A stretch of 64,000 nt of DNA. Source: Octopus vulgaris. Taxonomy: Eukaryota. The notes under the pieces are model-generated. The model was given only the letters and a program-made list of their open reading frames with translations, made no database searches and had not been told where the DNA came from. The DNA is taken from NCBI GenBank assembly GCA_951406725.2, contig OX597818.1:50654001-50718000 (forward strand), written 5' to 3'. Numbering within the stretch: position 1 is the stretch's first letter; the number at the start of each line of letters is the position of its first letter. The position numbers and the translations under genes are program-made. This document shows positions 38,408 through 53,210 of this stretch, one piece after another.

Positions 38408-39630
38408 CAGGGATTGGACAAAATAATGGAAACACCTTAAAATTTCAAAGAAATTAATTTTAATATGGATTCGTATTTCAAAGAAATTTATTTTAAAATA
38501 GACTCGTAAAAAGTTTGAATTGTTTCCAAAGGAATTTTTCTCCATTCTTTAGCTAAAACAGTTTCCAGTTCTTGTAGATGATGGTGGAGGGTATCGACTT
38601 GTTTTTCTAAAATATACCATAAATGTTCAATAATATTGAGATCTGGGGATTGTGGTGACCAAATAAGATGTTCAACTTCACTAGAATGTTCCTCGTGCCA
38701 TTCAGTAACAACTTTAGCTGCGTGAATTGGTGCATTATAATCCTGAGAGATTGCGTTTCCCTCCGCAACCATAGGATGAATTTGATCAGATAAAATGCTT
38801 AAATAGTCCTGACTATTAATTCTGCCATGAAGGGAAACCATTGGACCGGTGGATTTCCAAGATATAGCCACCCAGATCAGGTCATCACAGATCCCCCTCC
38901 ATGTTTAACAGTTGGAAGAAGCAGCCTGGGTCAAATGCTTCATTTGGCTGTCTCCACACGTATACTCGGCCGGTGGTCGGAAATATGGTAAAGGATGGCT
39001 CATCTGAGAAAATAGCATCATTCCGCTGCTCTAGGGACCAATCCTGTAGGTTTATATTCCACTCTAAACGCTTTGCAACGTTTGTTTTTGACAGTAGTGG
39101 TTTTCTGATCGCAGCCCTTCCGTGAAATCCGGCTATGTGCATTCCTGGCGAATAGTTTCGTGGAAACTGGGTTCTCGAGGTGGTCATTAAGATCTGCAGT
39201 AATTTTGGGAGCCGTACTTTTGTTATCTTTCCTAACAATCCGCGTAAGAGTCCAATGGTCCCTATCTGAAAGTTTGGGCTTTCTTCCGGAGTTTTGTTTC
39301 AACGAGGAGGTTTTTCCCTCTTTCTCAAAGGATGTCATTAGTTTCCAGACAGTACTTCTTGATGCACCAAACATTTCGGCTCTTTTCGTTACGCTAGCAC
39401 CTGCCATAGGAGCACCAACAATTTGACTTCTTTGAAAGTCTGATAGATCTATCATTTTAATGAATTTTAATTACCTTTTTTCTGAAGATATCTGAAAAGG
39501 AAGAGAATTTTATCAACACTAATAATAAATAAAAAAACATAAAAATAAACAAGCTTTTGACGGTTTTATCGATATTTCGAAATTATGATGCTATGATGCT
39601 AGGTGTTTCCATTATTTTGTCCAACTCCTG
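38408..39630 (-). mobile_element. Near full-length Tc1-like transposon with frameshifted transposase (38488-39455)
   Basis: TIRs cagggattggacaaaataatggaaacacct and aggtgtttccattattttgtccaactcctg; TA on the left, TG on the right. Motifs DLSDFQRSQIVGA, GRKPKLS, FSDEPSF, QDYNAPIH, WSPQSPDLNIIEHLW. Confidence 0.93.
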
Positions 39631-40637
39631 TGTGTCAGTGCTAACTGGTAGATCTATAAAGACTTCTTATTTTGTCCGTCTTAGGTTACAGTTAATGCAA
39701 ACTTCCCAGCCATTTTTGTTACAAAAATCGAGGTTGGGGCTCTGTTGGTAATCAATACGTAAAATAATTCATGATAATCTGTTTTCTAAGTTTTTCTTTA
39801 TGTTAGAGCTAGATGTTAAGAACACTTCAAAGAAATATGATGGCAGGACTTTCAGGTGTGGGGAAACTGTGAGGATAACTACTAGCAAATTCCAATATAA
39901 TTTGCCTCAAAACTATCATATTTTGCGGCCCAAAATATCACTCGAAATCTTATTGATATATTTGACGAACAAATCTGATATTTTCAATAAGATATTTGTC
40001 GTTGTAAAAAAAGATATCAGGGCAAATAATCAGATGATATACTAGAGGATTATTGGTAGAATATTCAAAGTGCCAGTCCTAAACAAGCTTCGGATATTAA
40101 AGGTGAGTTAAACATGTAAAAGAAAAATCTGGATGATTTTTTTCCCCGATATGATGAATTACCGGGGAAAGTAATCTCTCTTAAACTCCAAACAGGTAGA
40201 TGAAACATACATAGATAGAAACATAAATACGTGACTCAATCGGTGTCTTCTCTGGAAATGGTGATATTGAGATGCTGTGGCTCAAACGAGAAAAAAGATC
40301 CGTCGTGATACACATTGAATTACTTATGACATCAGTTAGCGAATGCTAAGCAGTTGAAATGCATAAATACATGAATACGTAAAAATAACAGATAAATAAA
40401 AATCAAGTGTTCTAATCTAAAGGGAAAGATCATTATCTTCCTGGTCTGGAAGGAAGCCCTGAAATGATATTCAAGTAGCCAATGAAGTCTTACGTAACCT
40501 CAGAACCATTGGACTAGTGTACCTCAACCAAGAAATAAAGGAGAAATATGCCTCATGTGAAATCTCGTGACACAATGACTCCAATGTCTTGTGCGTATAT
40601 TTGACAGTCGGAAACTGTGCAGAAGCCCATTTTATAC

Positions 40638-40739
<102 letters not shown>

Positions 40740-40942
40740 GGTAAGACAACAAAAGAATGAAAGAGACCTCGACATTATGTAAATAGGGAAATTTATCTGT
40801 AAATGTAATATGTGACAATTATTCGGTAGCCATGGTAAAGCTCCGAATTTCGGATGTCGGGGTGGAAATCCACGCCGCCATCTCTTCAGTTATCCGGCCA
40901 TCGTAAAAAATGCTATGAAAATGACCCTTTAATGAATTTCCA

Positions 40943-41780
40943 ACAAGGACAGATAAACGGATTAAGTCGATTATATCGACCCCAGTGCGTAACTGGTACT
41001 TATTTAATCGACCCCGAAAGGATGAAAGGCAAAGTTGACCTCGACGCAATTTTGAACTCAGAACGTAGCAGCAGACGAAATACCTATTTCTTTACTACCC
41101 ACAAGGAGCTAAACACAGAGAGGACAAACCAGTGCGTGACTGGTGCTTATTTAATCGACCCCGAAAGTATGAAAAGCAAAGTCGACCTCGGCGGAATTTG
41201 AACTCAGAACGTAGCAGCAGACGAAATACCTATTTCTATTTCTTTACTACCCACAAGTGGCTAAACACATATGAGATAAACAAGGACAGACAAACAGATT
41301 AAGTTGATTATACCGACCCCAGTGCGTAATTGGTAATTATTTAATCGACCCCGAAAGGATGAAAAGGCAAAGTTGACCTCGACGCAATTTTGAACTCAGA
41401 ACGTAGCAGCAGACGAAATACCTATTTCTTTACTATCCACAAGGAGCTAAACACAGAGAGGACAAACCAGTGCGTAACTGGTACTTATTTAATCGACCCC
41501 GAAAGGATGAAAGGCAAAGTCGGCCTCGGCGGAATTTGAACTCAGAACGTAGCAGCAGACGAAATACCTATTTCTTTACTACCCACAAGGGGCTAAACAC
41601 AGAGAGGACAAACAAGGACAGACAAACGGATTAAGTCAATTACATCAACCCCAGTGCGTAACTGGTACTTATTTAATCGACCCCGAAAGGATGAAAGGCA
41701 AAGTCGACGTCGGCGGAATTTGAACTCAGAGCGTAACGGCAGACGAAATACGACTACGCATTTCGCCCGGCGTGCTAACG
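40943..41780 (-). mobile_element. SINE C tandem array: one head and five bodies
   Basis: Junction gacgaaatac|ctatttc at about 41083, 41229, 41421 and 41568; head at 41750-41780. Confidence 0.92.
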
Positions 41781-42789
41781 TTTCTGCCAGCTCGCCGTCC
41801 TAGTAATAGCATATTTTATCAGTTATCTTTCTCAGGTTTCAGTATAGTCCTTTTATAATTAAATTTTAACAGATTACTGTACTTGGCCAAGTATTCTGCG
41901 ACAAGTAATGACAACGTAACGAAATTTAGTTACGTCTCTGAGAAGAACTCAGCCAACTTAAGCTAAATCAAATTCAAACTAGATTTTATTAAGAGCGTGA
42001 AACTGGGCTTTGAACAGATAATTAGCAAATTTATTTTTTCGAAAATTTGAATTATATTATTAGCTTCGTCTCCCTTTTTTCCGAGTTGTTGAATATACTC
42101 TACGCTACATGCTGATGTCTTATTCAAAGTTTAAATGTCTCTTATCTACATTGTTACTAAATCTAATTAGTTAGCGAGCAGTTCCGTTTGATCAAATTGC
42201 CACTCTTTCAAGTGACATTTTAAGGAAATTCCAGTCAATTAAATCTCGATATTTCTCGCTCGCTTCGGTATAGACTTCACACACTGGATTGAAATCAATA
42301 ATAATCAAAGTTTTGCGTGATTTAGTTCTTAGATTATGTATATTTTTGTTATACTCCGCAGTTGTAGAACTCACAGCAGTCGATTAAAAACGGAGAGAGC
42401 AGGCAGACATGGTAAACTTCCATTATATGTCTGTATATGTGTGAGAAAGAAAAAGGTGGGTGTCTGTGGATGTGTGTCTGTGTCTGTGTGTGAGTGCGCG
42501 CACACAACATTCATAATAGGAATAAAGCGGTGAGCTGGCAGCATCGTTAGCGTATCAGAGATAAAGCCTAGCACCATTTCTTCTGATTCATCACGTTCCG
42601 AGTTCAAATTCCACTGAGTTCGACTTCGGCTTTCATCATTTTGTGGGCCAATAAAACATGTACTTTATAAGCACTGGAATCCATGTAATTGACTAATTTC
42701 CTTCACCAAGTTTCAGGCTTTGTGCTTATAGTAGAACGAAATACTGGTTCCATATTTTGGCTCAAAGCCGGCAATTTTGGTGGACAGAG

Positions 42790-43332
42790 AATGTCGATTG
42801 CATCGACACGAGTGTTCGACTGGTACTCATTTAATCGGCCCGAGAAGATAAAAGGCAAACTTGACCTCAGAAGCATTTGAACTCAGAATGCAAAGTCTGA
42901 AGAAATGCCGCTAAGCATTTTTCTTTATTGCCCATAAGGTCTAAACACAGAGGAGATAAACAAGGACAAACAAAGGGATTAAGTCGATTACATAGACCCC
43001 AGAGCGTAACTGGTACTTATTTAATCGACCCCGAAAGGATGAGAGGCAAAGTCGACCTCGGCGGAATTTGAACTCAGAACATAACGGCAAATGAAATACC
43101 TATTTCTTTACTCCCCACAAGGGGCTAAATACAGAGAGGTCAAACAAGGACAGACAAACGGATTAAGTCGATTACATCGACCCCAGTGCGTAACTGATAC
43201 TTATTTAATCGACCCCGAAAGGATGAGAGGCAAAGTCGACCTCGGCGGAATTTGAACTCAGAACATAACGAAGGACGAAATACCGGTAACCATTTCGCCC
43301 GGCATGCTAACGTCTCTGTCAGCTCGCCACCT
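42790..43332 (-). mobile_element. SINE C array (two bodies plus an older diverged unit)
   Basis: Same junction near 43099; head at 43285-43332. Confidence 0.85.
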
Positions 43333-43604
43333 TTTTGTTTTTCCACTCAGTGGATTGGCTATGTAGAATCACAAACAAGCAGAGCCACGGAAGGAGTTTT
43401 CCTCATAGTGGTAACGTGCTAACGATTCTACCAACCCGCTGTCTTACTAGAATGAATTAGTAATAGGACCAATTATTTCTTGTAGTAAGAGATACTCCGT
43501 CTGATTCGAGTTTGTACGCTTGATATTTCTTTGAAAACGATTTACGGCGTACAGAATTGTAATATTTAACGCTGCCTAAATTAATTATTTCAATATAGTT
43601 GCAA

Positions 43605-44545
43605 ACATGGCTGAGTGGTTAGGAAGATAGCTTTGAAATTACGTGATTTCGGGTTCGGTTCCGCTGCAATGCACCTTGTTTGTCTTCTACCAAAGCTTCA
43701 AGATGAGATGACCAATAATTTATTAGCGAATTCGGTAGACGGAGACCGTGTGGAAGCTCGACGTACATCTATATGTGTGTGTGTGTATATATTTGTATAT
43801 ATGTAAGTGTACGTGTCTCGCTGTTTGCGTTTGTCCCCTAACCTCCATCACTTGACAACCAGTTTTCGTTTGTTCACTTCCCCGTACTTGAGCATTTCGG
43901 TAAAAGAGACCGATAGAATGAGTACCAAACTTGAAAATTTGTATTGGGATCGATTTCTCGACCAAAAGCCGTCAAAGAGGTGCCCCACCATGACCTCAGT
44001 CCAGTGATCGAAACAAATTATAGGCGTAGGAGTGGCTGTGTGGTAAGTAGCATGCTTATGAACCACATAGTTCTGGGTTCAGTCCCACTGCGTAGCACCT
44101 TGGGCAAGTGTCTTCTACTATAGCCTCGGGCCGACCAAAGCCTTGGAAGTGGATTTGGTAGACGGAAACTGAAAGAAGCCCATCGTATACATATATACAT
44201 GTGTTTTTTCCGCCCTTTTCAAGCCTACCCAGGCTCATGGACCCGGTTTCCCGGTTTCTGTGGCGTATGTGTTCCCCCCAGCTGGACGTGACGCCAGTCT
44301 ACCGCAGTATATATGTGTATGTGTGTGTATATGTTTGTGTGTCTGTGTTTGTCCCCTCAACATCGCTTGACAACCGATGCTGGTGTGTTTATGTCCCCGT
44401 CACCTAGCGGTTAAGCAAAAAGAGACCGATAGAATAAGTACGAGGCTTACAAAGAATCAAGTCCTGGGGTCGACTCGCTCGATTAAAGGCGGTGCTCCAG
44501 CATGGCCACAGTCAAATGACTGAAACAAGTAAAAGAGTAAAAGAA
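43605..44545 (+). mobile_element. Old SINE B followed by a young SINE B (44021-44545) containing an inverted SINE A tail-3 piece (44206-44307)
   Basis: Homology to the family copies; the insert lies within the internal microsatellite. Confidence 0.8.
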
Positions 44546-45079
44546 TATATGGGGTTGACTTGTAAATTGATCGAGTCAAAATGGACTACATTGCTATGTT
44601 AAACACGTGTAGCAGTATCCAGACTGTTCAGAATTATGTTACTGGAAAATTCCACAGAGGAAGATGAAAAGGTTGGCAAGTTAAAATGTTCGGTAAAAGA
44701 GATATTTCAATTTAGTTTGAAAGAAAAGTGAAACACAAAATTCTGTGTAGCAGACTTGCCTGGCACACCAGAGAAACATTCTTCGACGTATATCTTAACT
44801 GCATATATTAACATTAACAGCTATAAATTACCACATTTGTTCCTGAAATAATAGATAATTCTTTTACAATTTTAAACTGGTTCTTTCAAAGATATGTTAA
44901 ATATTGTTAACTTATGAACAAAGCGTCTATTTTATGCACAACACAGCAAAAATCAGAATTTAAAGAATTAGCAATTAAAAAGCCTTACTGTGACCATAAT
45001 AAGAATGTAAATACGTGCTTTCTATGTTGTTGAAGTGCCCCCTCCCAAAGGGGAAGGAATCATCTACTAACGGATCAAT

Positions 45080-45310
45080 TTCTCTTTTTCCTCTTTTACA
45101 CTTTTACTCGTTTCAGTCATTTGACTCTGGCCATGCTGGAGCACCGCCTTTAGTCGAGCAAATCGACCCCAGGGCTTATTCTTTGTAAGCCTAGTACTTA
45201 TTCTATCGGTCTCTTTTGCCGAAACGCTAAGTTACGGGGATGTAAACACACTAGCATCGGTTGTCAAACGATGTTGGGGGATAAACAGACACACAAACAT
45301 ATACACATAC

Positions 45311-45362
<52 letters not shown>

Positions 45363-45522
45363 GACAGGCTTCTTTCAGTTTCCGTCAACCAAATACACTC
45401 ACAAGGCTTTGGTCGGCCCGAGGCTATAGAAGAAGACACTTGCCCAAGGTGCCACACAGTGAGACTGAACTCAGAACCATGTGGTGCGTAAGCAAGCTAC
45501 TTACCACACAGCCACTCCTATG
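45080..45522 (-). mobile_element. SINE B, full length
   Basis: Both halves and tail. Confidence 0.9.
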
Positions 45523-45808
45523 CAATTCATGGTTTGTTAACTACTTCTCAGACTAGTAGCGATATAAAGCAAACATAAAATAGGCTAGCATGTTAGTGGA
45601 TATCTTAATTTGTATATTTGAGCTTTTGACACCGTCCTCAATTATACAATGTCTATTGCATGTAAAACAGCGTAGACAAGACTTGGGATAAATTCATATG
45701 TCTATACGCATATTCCATTATATCATTATCACTCTATCAGAGTAGATATACGCTAAAAACATGCCGTACGATGGAATTATACTGATCACTTTTTAGATAA
45801 CTGGTTTA

Positions 45809-46470
45809 TCCTCATTTATATCTAAAAAGTGCTTGGATGAAAATTGTAAGCACATTTTGCTTTGACGGTTAATGGCGGCCAAACCGAGACTAGGATCGAG
45901 CTGAAAATTGGCAGGGATACTAAATGCGTGGTGAGAATGAGACCCGCGATGGTTAAAATTCGCAAGCTATAAAGATGTGGTTGCTATGACAAAAAGAGTG
46001 ATTTTTTTATCGATTCAAAAATTGATTAGCTGTTTTTAGTGATGACTTGAAATGGGAAATATTTTTTTCTAACTGTATTTACTTGAAAAAACATACTTTT
46101 CTTTATATTTAGCAATTCTTTATACCCACTTTTACGATGTGCCTAAATAAAAATCATTATTATAGATCAGCGTCTCTCAACCTTCTTCACAATTCAGCTT
46201 CTCCTGGACACTGAAAAATTTATTTCTGCTCCCGTGTTGATGAAAAAGTTAATTCAGCTCCTCATGTATCTTAGGTAGACCAGCCGGCCCATGAGAAATC
46301 TGACAATGGGATAGGGGGAGTCAGGAAATTTTCATACAGCTGGAGGCTCCCATCGAAACAGGGGACCCGAAATGATAAGGTTGAGAAAAGCTGTTATAGA
46401 TTATGCCTAACCGAAACGATCACACATACATCATCCAAACAGACCGGGTGAAACCGGGCTTAGCTGCTAG
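45809..46470 (+). mobile_element. Non-autonomous Helitron
   Basis: 5' a|TCCTCATTTATATCTAAAAAG; 3' imperfect hairpin ccgggtgaaaccgg, then gcttagctg, then CTAG|t. Confidence 0.65.
46168..46393. mobile_element. hAT-type MITE nested in the Helitron
   Basis: TIRs cagcgtctctcaacctt and aaggttgagaaaagctg; exact 8-bp TSD ttatagat. Confidence 0.85.
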
Positions 46471-46529
46471 TCTATTAATAGAAATTTAGTTGAATAGTTT
46501 TTGTACTATGCATTAAAACTTCATAAACA

Positions 46530-46692
46530 TAGGCGTTGGAGTAGCTGTGTGGTAAGTAGCCTACTTACCAACCACATGGCCCCGGGTTCAGTCCTACTGC
46601 ATGGCATCTTGGGCAAGTGTCTTCTACTATAGCCTCGGGCTGACCAAAGCCTTGTGAGTGGATTTGGTGGACGGAAACTGAAAGAACCTCGT

Positions 46693-46695
<3 letters not shown>
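46530..46695 (+). mobile_element. SINE B 5' half
   Basis: Head through to the microsatellite; 3' half absent. Confidence 0.85.
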
Positions 46696-46729
<34 letters not shown>

Positions 46730-46738
46730 ATATGTATG

Positions 46739-46818
<80 letters not shown>

Positions 46819-46824
46819 TGTATG

Positions 46825-46861
<37 letters not shown>

Positions 46862-47283
46862 AATTGGTAATGTAAAAATTGATATTTTAAGCGACAATTT
46901 AAGTCTTTGAATAAAAAATTTGCAAATCCACTGATCTCAAATAACCGAGTCATTTCTGTATGCATTGAACTTTGACTTGAACATTCATCATCTCATTTTT
47001 ACATTGTTGCTACATTTCAGGCTAGGATATAAATGATTTATGATATTATAAGCGTGAATTTAATGTTTACATTCCCGTGTGTGTGTATATGTGTGCGTTT
47101 TACAAATTAACAATATGACAAATCAACTCCTAGCAAAAACCAATTTGAAGTATCAAAAGAATTCCGAACCTAATTTGTGTAGAACGAACGTTTTATCTCT
47201 CTACATAAAGCATCTTGACATATTGAACATCTATCATTTCATTTTACTTACTGCTAGGATTAAATCTCTAATATAAATTATGT

Positions 47284-47325
47284 ATCATCATCATCATCAT
47301 CATTATCATCATCATCATCATCATT

Positions 47326-47396
<71 letters not shown>

Positions 47397-47397
47397 T

Positions 47398-47432
<35 letters not shown>

Positions 47433-47475
47433 TATCATCATCATCATCATCATTATCATCATCATCATCATCATT

Positions 47476-47513
<38 letters not shown>

Positions 47514-47535
47514 TATCATCATCATCATCATCATT

Positions 47536-47610
<75 letters not shown>
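47284..47610. repeat. Long (CAT)n with periodic TAT interruptions
   Basis: Directly visible, about 109 triplets. Confidence 0.98.
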
Positions 47611-47891
47611 GTCATTTATCATCTCTCCTAACGCCAACCACTTTACAGAGTGTTCTGGGTGCTTCAACGTGGCGCCGTACGAGCGCTTCTACGTGACGCC
47701 GGCACAGAACTCTTGCAGGCCATTCCTCTTTACCACGAAAGTGGTGGTGGTGGTGGTAGGGGGGGGGGCTTAACACTTCAGCTGTGGAAGACGAGTCTTC
47801 TTGATTACAGGAAGGTGCTAATTATCCTGTTATGGACTTCAGACAGAGGCCGCGGTCATGATGGGGTACTGCCTTTAGCCCCAATCCTTGT

Positions 47892-48376
<485 letters not shown>

Positions 48377-49777
48377 AGCATATGTATGCATATGGGCATA
48401 TATTTAAATATACGTATGAATGTTACACATTAACAATATGAATAATGTTATTTCTATAAACACCGAAAAGAATTAGAAATCCATTGACCCGAGAAGACCG
48501 TTACATCTCCATATTTAAAGAACTTTGGCATATGAACATTCATCATCTGATTTTACGTGGCTACACGGATACCTTATCTTATTTTATAGATATTGAATGG
48601 ATGAGAAAGAGGGGGAAAATTCCCAGCATTTAAGATCAGCTCATTGACACCAAATAAGACAAAATCTATGAGGCTTTTATTCCAGTTCTGAGCCATTTCA
48701 GCTAATTCAGCTAAATGCTTCCTAATACACAATTCTTCTTAGATTTCAAGACATTCTCGTTTCAATGGAAAGATGTAATCATCTGAACAACATCTCTTGT
48801 TCTATATTTTATCGATCAAATTATTATTGCTGTTGTTGTTCTTCTTCTTCTTCTTCTTGTTTTGTTTAGCCACATGTCAGTACTGACTGATCAGACCCGT
48901 AATCAAAGACGTTCCGGCGATGACCAGTCCATTCTGCTATCAGGCTCTGCATATCACAGATTTCATTATCTAATGCATCCTTTCTGTGTGTAAAGGGTGT
49001 AATTTAAGGGAAATTAACTGCAACTTGCAGATACTTTATTTCTAAAGTACTATAATGGTTGCAAATCTTGTGAAAGACTTAAGGTTGATTCAAATAATTC
49101 GGAGCTCCTACGCTATAAATTATAGGAATTATAATAAACAAATTAAATAGCTGATCCATGATTTCACTTTTTCTTCTCTCTCCCTCCCTTCATCCCCCCC
49201 TCTCTCTCTCTCTCTCTCTGCTATATTTCTCTTTCTCTGCTATATATTTCTCTATATCTCTCTCTCTATATATATCTATATCGCTCTAGATATCTCTCTA
49301 TATATATCTCTCTATATATATATCTCTCTCTGCTATATTTCGTCGCAGAAAGGATTATAGGACACTACTGACATGATCCTTCTCTTCAAAAAAATGGAAA
49401 AAAGTTAAGCGAAAGAATAGCAACTTCTCAGAAAAACGAAAGGAAAAAATCACAAACTGATACACTTCTAGAATTACTTCATTTAGTTTTCGGATGCTAA
49501 TTAATAGCCTTACCGTTCTACTTCTTTGTTTTTGACGCATTGAAGTTATACAACAATCAATTTTAACTGTTATTATCCTCGTAAATAAAAGCGGTTGAAC
49601 GAATCAAATAATTACTTGTATATTGCAGTAATGACAAATGTCCCCATTAAATCAGTTTAAGCTTCTTTTTATGCAGTAAGAAACATTTGAAACGTAGAGT
49701 TTAACCTACCGCCGTTGAGTAAAACTGTAGCATAAATCAGAACTTTTAATTAACACAATTGAATCGGCCTTAACATA

Positions 49778-50432
<655 letters not shown>

Positions 50433-50577
50433 CTTTATGTAATTGGCTTATATTTAGGAATTTAATTTTCCTAATAAGTTCGAAAAGGTCTTTCTAGAAG
50501 CCTTCGAGAAATTTCGAACTTAAGAAAATTAAATTGCAAATATAGCAAAATATATAGAAATATGAAGAAAAAATTGA

Positions 50578-50644
<67 letters not shown>

Positions 50645-50669
50645 TATATATGTATATATATATATATAT

Positions 50670-50872
50670 TTGTTTGTGTTTGTGTTTGTCCCCCCAGCAT
50701 CGCTTGACAACCTATGACGGTGTGTTTACGTCCCCGTAACCTAGCGCTTACGATAGAATAAGACAGATAGAATAAGTATTAGGTTTGCAAAGAATAAGTC
50801 CTGGGGTCGATTTGCTCGACTAAAGGTGGTGCTCCAGCATGGCTACAGTCAATTGACAAACAAATAAAAGAA
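50670..50872 (+). mobile_element. SINE B 3' half
   Basis: Homology to family copies. Confidence 0.8.
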
Positions 50873-51203
50873 ACCATTATTTTTCCAACGTTATATCACC
50901 TCTTTCGGTGCTGTACAGAACCTCGTTTCTTCTTGGGGCAGTTCCCATAACGTATCACTTTTACGATGTGAAGGAATTGCGAATGTCTTGCGAATGTCTG
51001 TGAGTGCTTCCCTTCGACATTTCTCGGGAGTCAAAGAAAACAGTTATTTCAGATAGAGATAAATCGACCGAATTAATTTAAGAAACGTGGTGAGGATGTA
51101 ACATAAAGTTGACCTCGACAAGATTTGAACGCAGAATGCAGGAAACCGAAAAAGATGTCCGTAAGGCTTTCTGTCTGAAGCTGTAATGCTGATCTGTTGC
51201 TTC

Positions 51204-51253
<50 letters not shown>

Positions 51254-51344
51254 CTTCCCTTCATAGAAGGTTCCCCCTTCATTTTGATTTCTCTTCCAAA
51301 GGCTTCTCTTCATTGTCCTGAAACAGATCAAAGAGGAAAAGGAT

Positions 51345-51485
51345 CCCATTACCTTATAGGATTATCTAAATAATTTTGAAGTCAGGTTTTGTAGCATCAC
51401 GGTCCATTCGAGTAGGGAGCTCTTCTTGAGTGAGATGTATCCAGGTAGGTGGCTTATCTGGTATTCCTTGAAGAAATTTGTCTAG
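51345..51485 (-). mobile_element. CR1-like LINE 3' fragment
   Basis: Homologous to 53280-53410 and 17555-17670. Confidence 0.75.
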
Positions 51486-51551
51486 ACAGATTCATCAAAA
51501 CAATATAATTGCGTAAATTCGATTTAAAGATTAGTGCTAGATTATTATATA

Positions 51552-51755
51552 TGTGGGGGTACCGAAAACTTCCTGATTCTGGATAGAAGAAAATACCGGA
51601 GGATCAGTTAATTACGATATCCCCCTCTCAGATTCACACACCTATTGCAGTGGTCCTTCAGTTTTTCTAAGCCCCGTGAAGAACTCGAAGTGTTGGGCCT
51701 CCAGCCAGACCTTTTGCGTCGCCCTTAAAGCCTGAAACTTTTTAGCACCCCCTTG
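51552..51755 (-). mobile_element. Mariner-derived MITE
   Basis: Degenerate TIRs tgtgggggtaccgaaaacttcctg versus caagggggtgctaaaaagtttcag (other end, reverse-complemented), TA flanks. Internal remnant WLEAQHFEFF...HCNRCVNLRG of a mariner C-terminus. Confidence 0.6.
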
Positions 51756-51899
51756 TATGTTACATGATGAACACTAGCTTAATCCGGCTCTAGGAAGTAG
51801 TTGTTTACAAACATAAAAGATATTAAAGATGAAAGAATCAGTTGACTAAATATCTATTTACATATACAAAAGTATTAAAGGGCCAGCGAATGAATTTCT

Positions 51900-52200
51900 G
51901 CGCGTTGGCCCAGTTGTTAGGGCAGCGGACTCGTGGTCGGAGGATCGCGGTTTCGATTCCCAGACTGGGCGTTGTGTGTGTTTATTGAGCGAAAACACCT
52001 AAAGCTCCACGAGGCTCCGGCAGGAAGTGGTAGTGGCGACCCCTGTTGTACTTTTTCGCCCTAACTTTCTCTCACTCTTTCTTCCTGTTTCTTGAGTAAC
52101 GCTGGATGAACTGGCGTCTCGTCCAGCTGGGGGGAACACATACACCATAGAAACCGGGAAATCGGGCCAATGAGCCTGGCTGGGCCTGAAAAGGGCGCAT
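51900..52200 (+). mobile_element. SINE A, tail type 3
   Basis: Head, core and tail homology. Confidence 0.87.
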
Positions 52201-52327
52201 AAATAAAAAAATATATATAGTATTGTATACAAACTATGTAATATTATAAACGGCGGTGCATCAGCATGGCCACAGCTCTGAGCTGAAACTAGCGAGAAAA
52301 AAAAGAGAAAAAAATATACTAGAAATA

Positions 52328-52746
52328 TCTATTTCTTTACTGCTCACAAGGGGCTAAATACAGAGAGGACAAACAAGGACAAACAAACGGATTAAGTCGA
52401 TTATATCGACCCCAGTGCGTAACTGGTACTTATTTAACCGACCCCGAAAGAATGAAAGGCGAAGTCAACCTCAGCGGAATTTTAACTCAGAACGTAGCGA
52501 CAGACGAAATGCCTATTTCTTTACTACCCACAAGGGGCTAAACACAGAGAGGACAAACAAGGACAAACAAACGGATTAAGTCGATTATATCGACCCCAGT
52601 GCTTAACTGGTACTTATTTAACTGACCCCGAAAGGATGAAAGGCAAAGTCGACCTCAGCGGAATTTGAACTCAGAACGTAACGGCAGACGAAATACGGCT
52701 ACGCATTTCGCTAGGCGTGCTAACGTTTCTGCCAGCTCGCCGCCTT
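52328..52746 (-). mobile_element. SINE C dimer (one head, two bodies)
   Basis: Junction gacgaaatgc|ctatttc near 52512. Confidence 0.9.
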
Positions 52747-53210
52747 ATCAGCCATATCTTCCTCAATCAGAACATACTGTCATGATAAATGGACACATTG
52801 GATAATGTAGTCTTATATATGTTATGTATGAACACAGAAGTAGATCGTGACTGCGGCTCATGATAATTGATTTATTCGATCATGGCTGGCTTGGAGCGAA
52901 ACAACAAAAGCAACGATAGTGAAAATTTTGGGATAATTTCATTTACTCTTTGAATACTTTATTTGCAATTTAGTATTGAATTTCTTTTCAGTTAGCGATA
53001 ACATCAAATAATTACATTCCACAAATACTATCGCGTGATCAGGTCCAAAATGAAGCAGTCTCATTGTCTATTTCATATACACAAACACACATAGAGAAAT
53101 GATGTCACGTACAACATATACAAGCAGCAATATCTATGTACACCTAAGTACTATATATATTAAGAACTTTGCATAGGAACGTATGTGTGTGTGAGTGTGT
53201 GTGTATATAT

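Noticed and set aside
47645-47890. GC-rich apparent exon after ctttacag ([16 protein letters not shown]...)
   Set aside because: The minus strand shows a duplicated cggcg.cacgt.gaagc motif and a ggcagtaccccatcatgaccgc segment like the SINE/LINE tail. It is more likely a repeat fragment. No recognisable protein, though not formally excluded.
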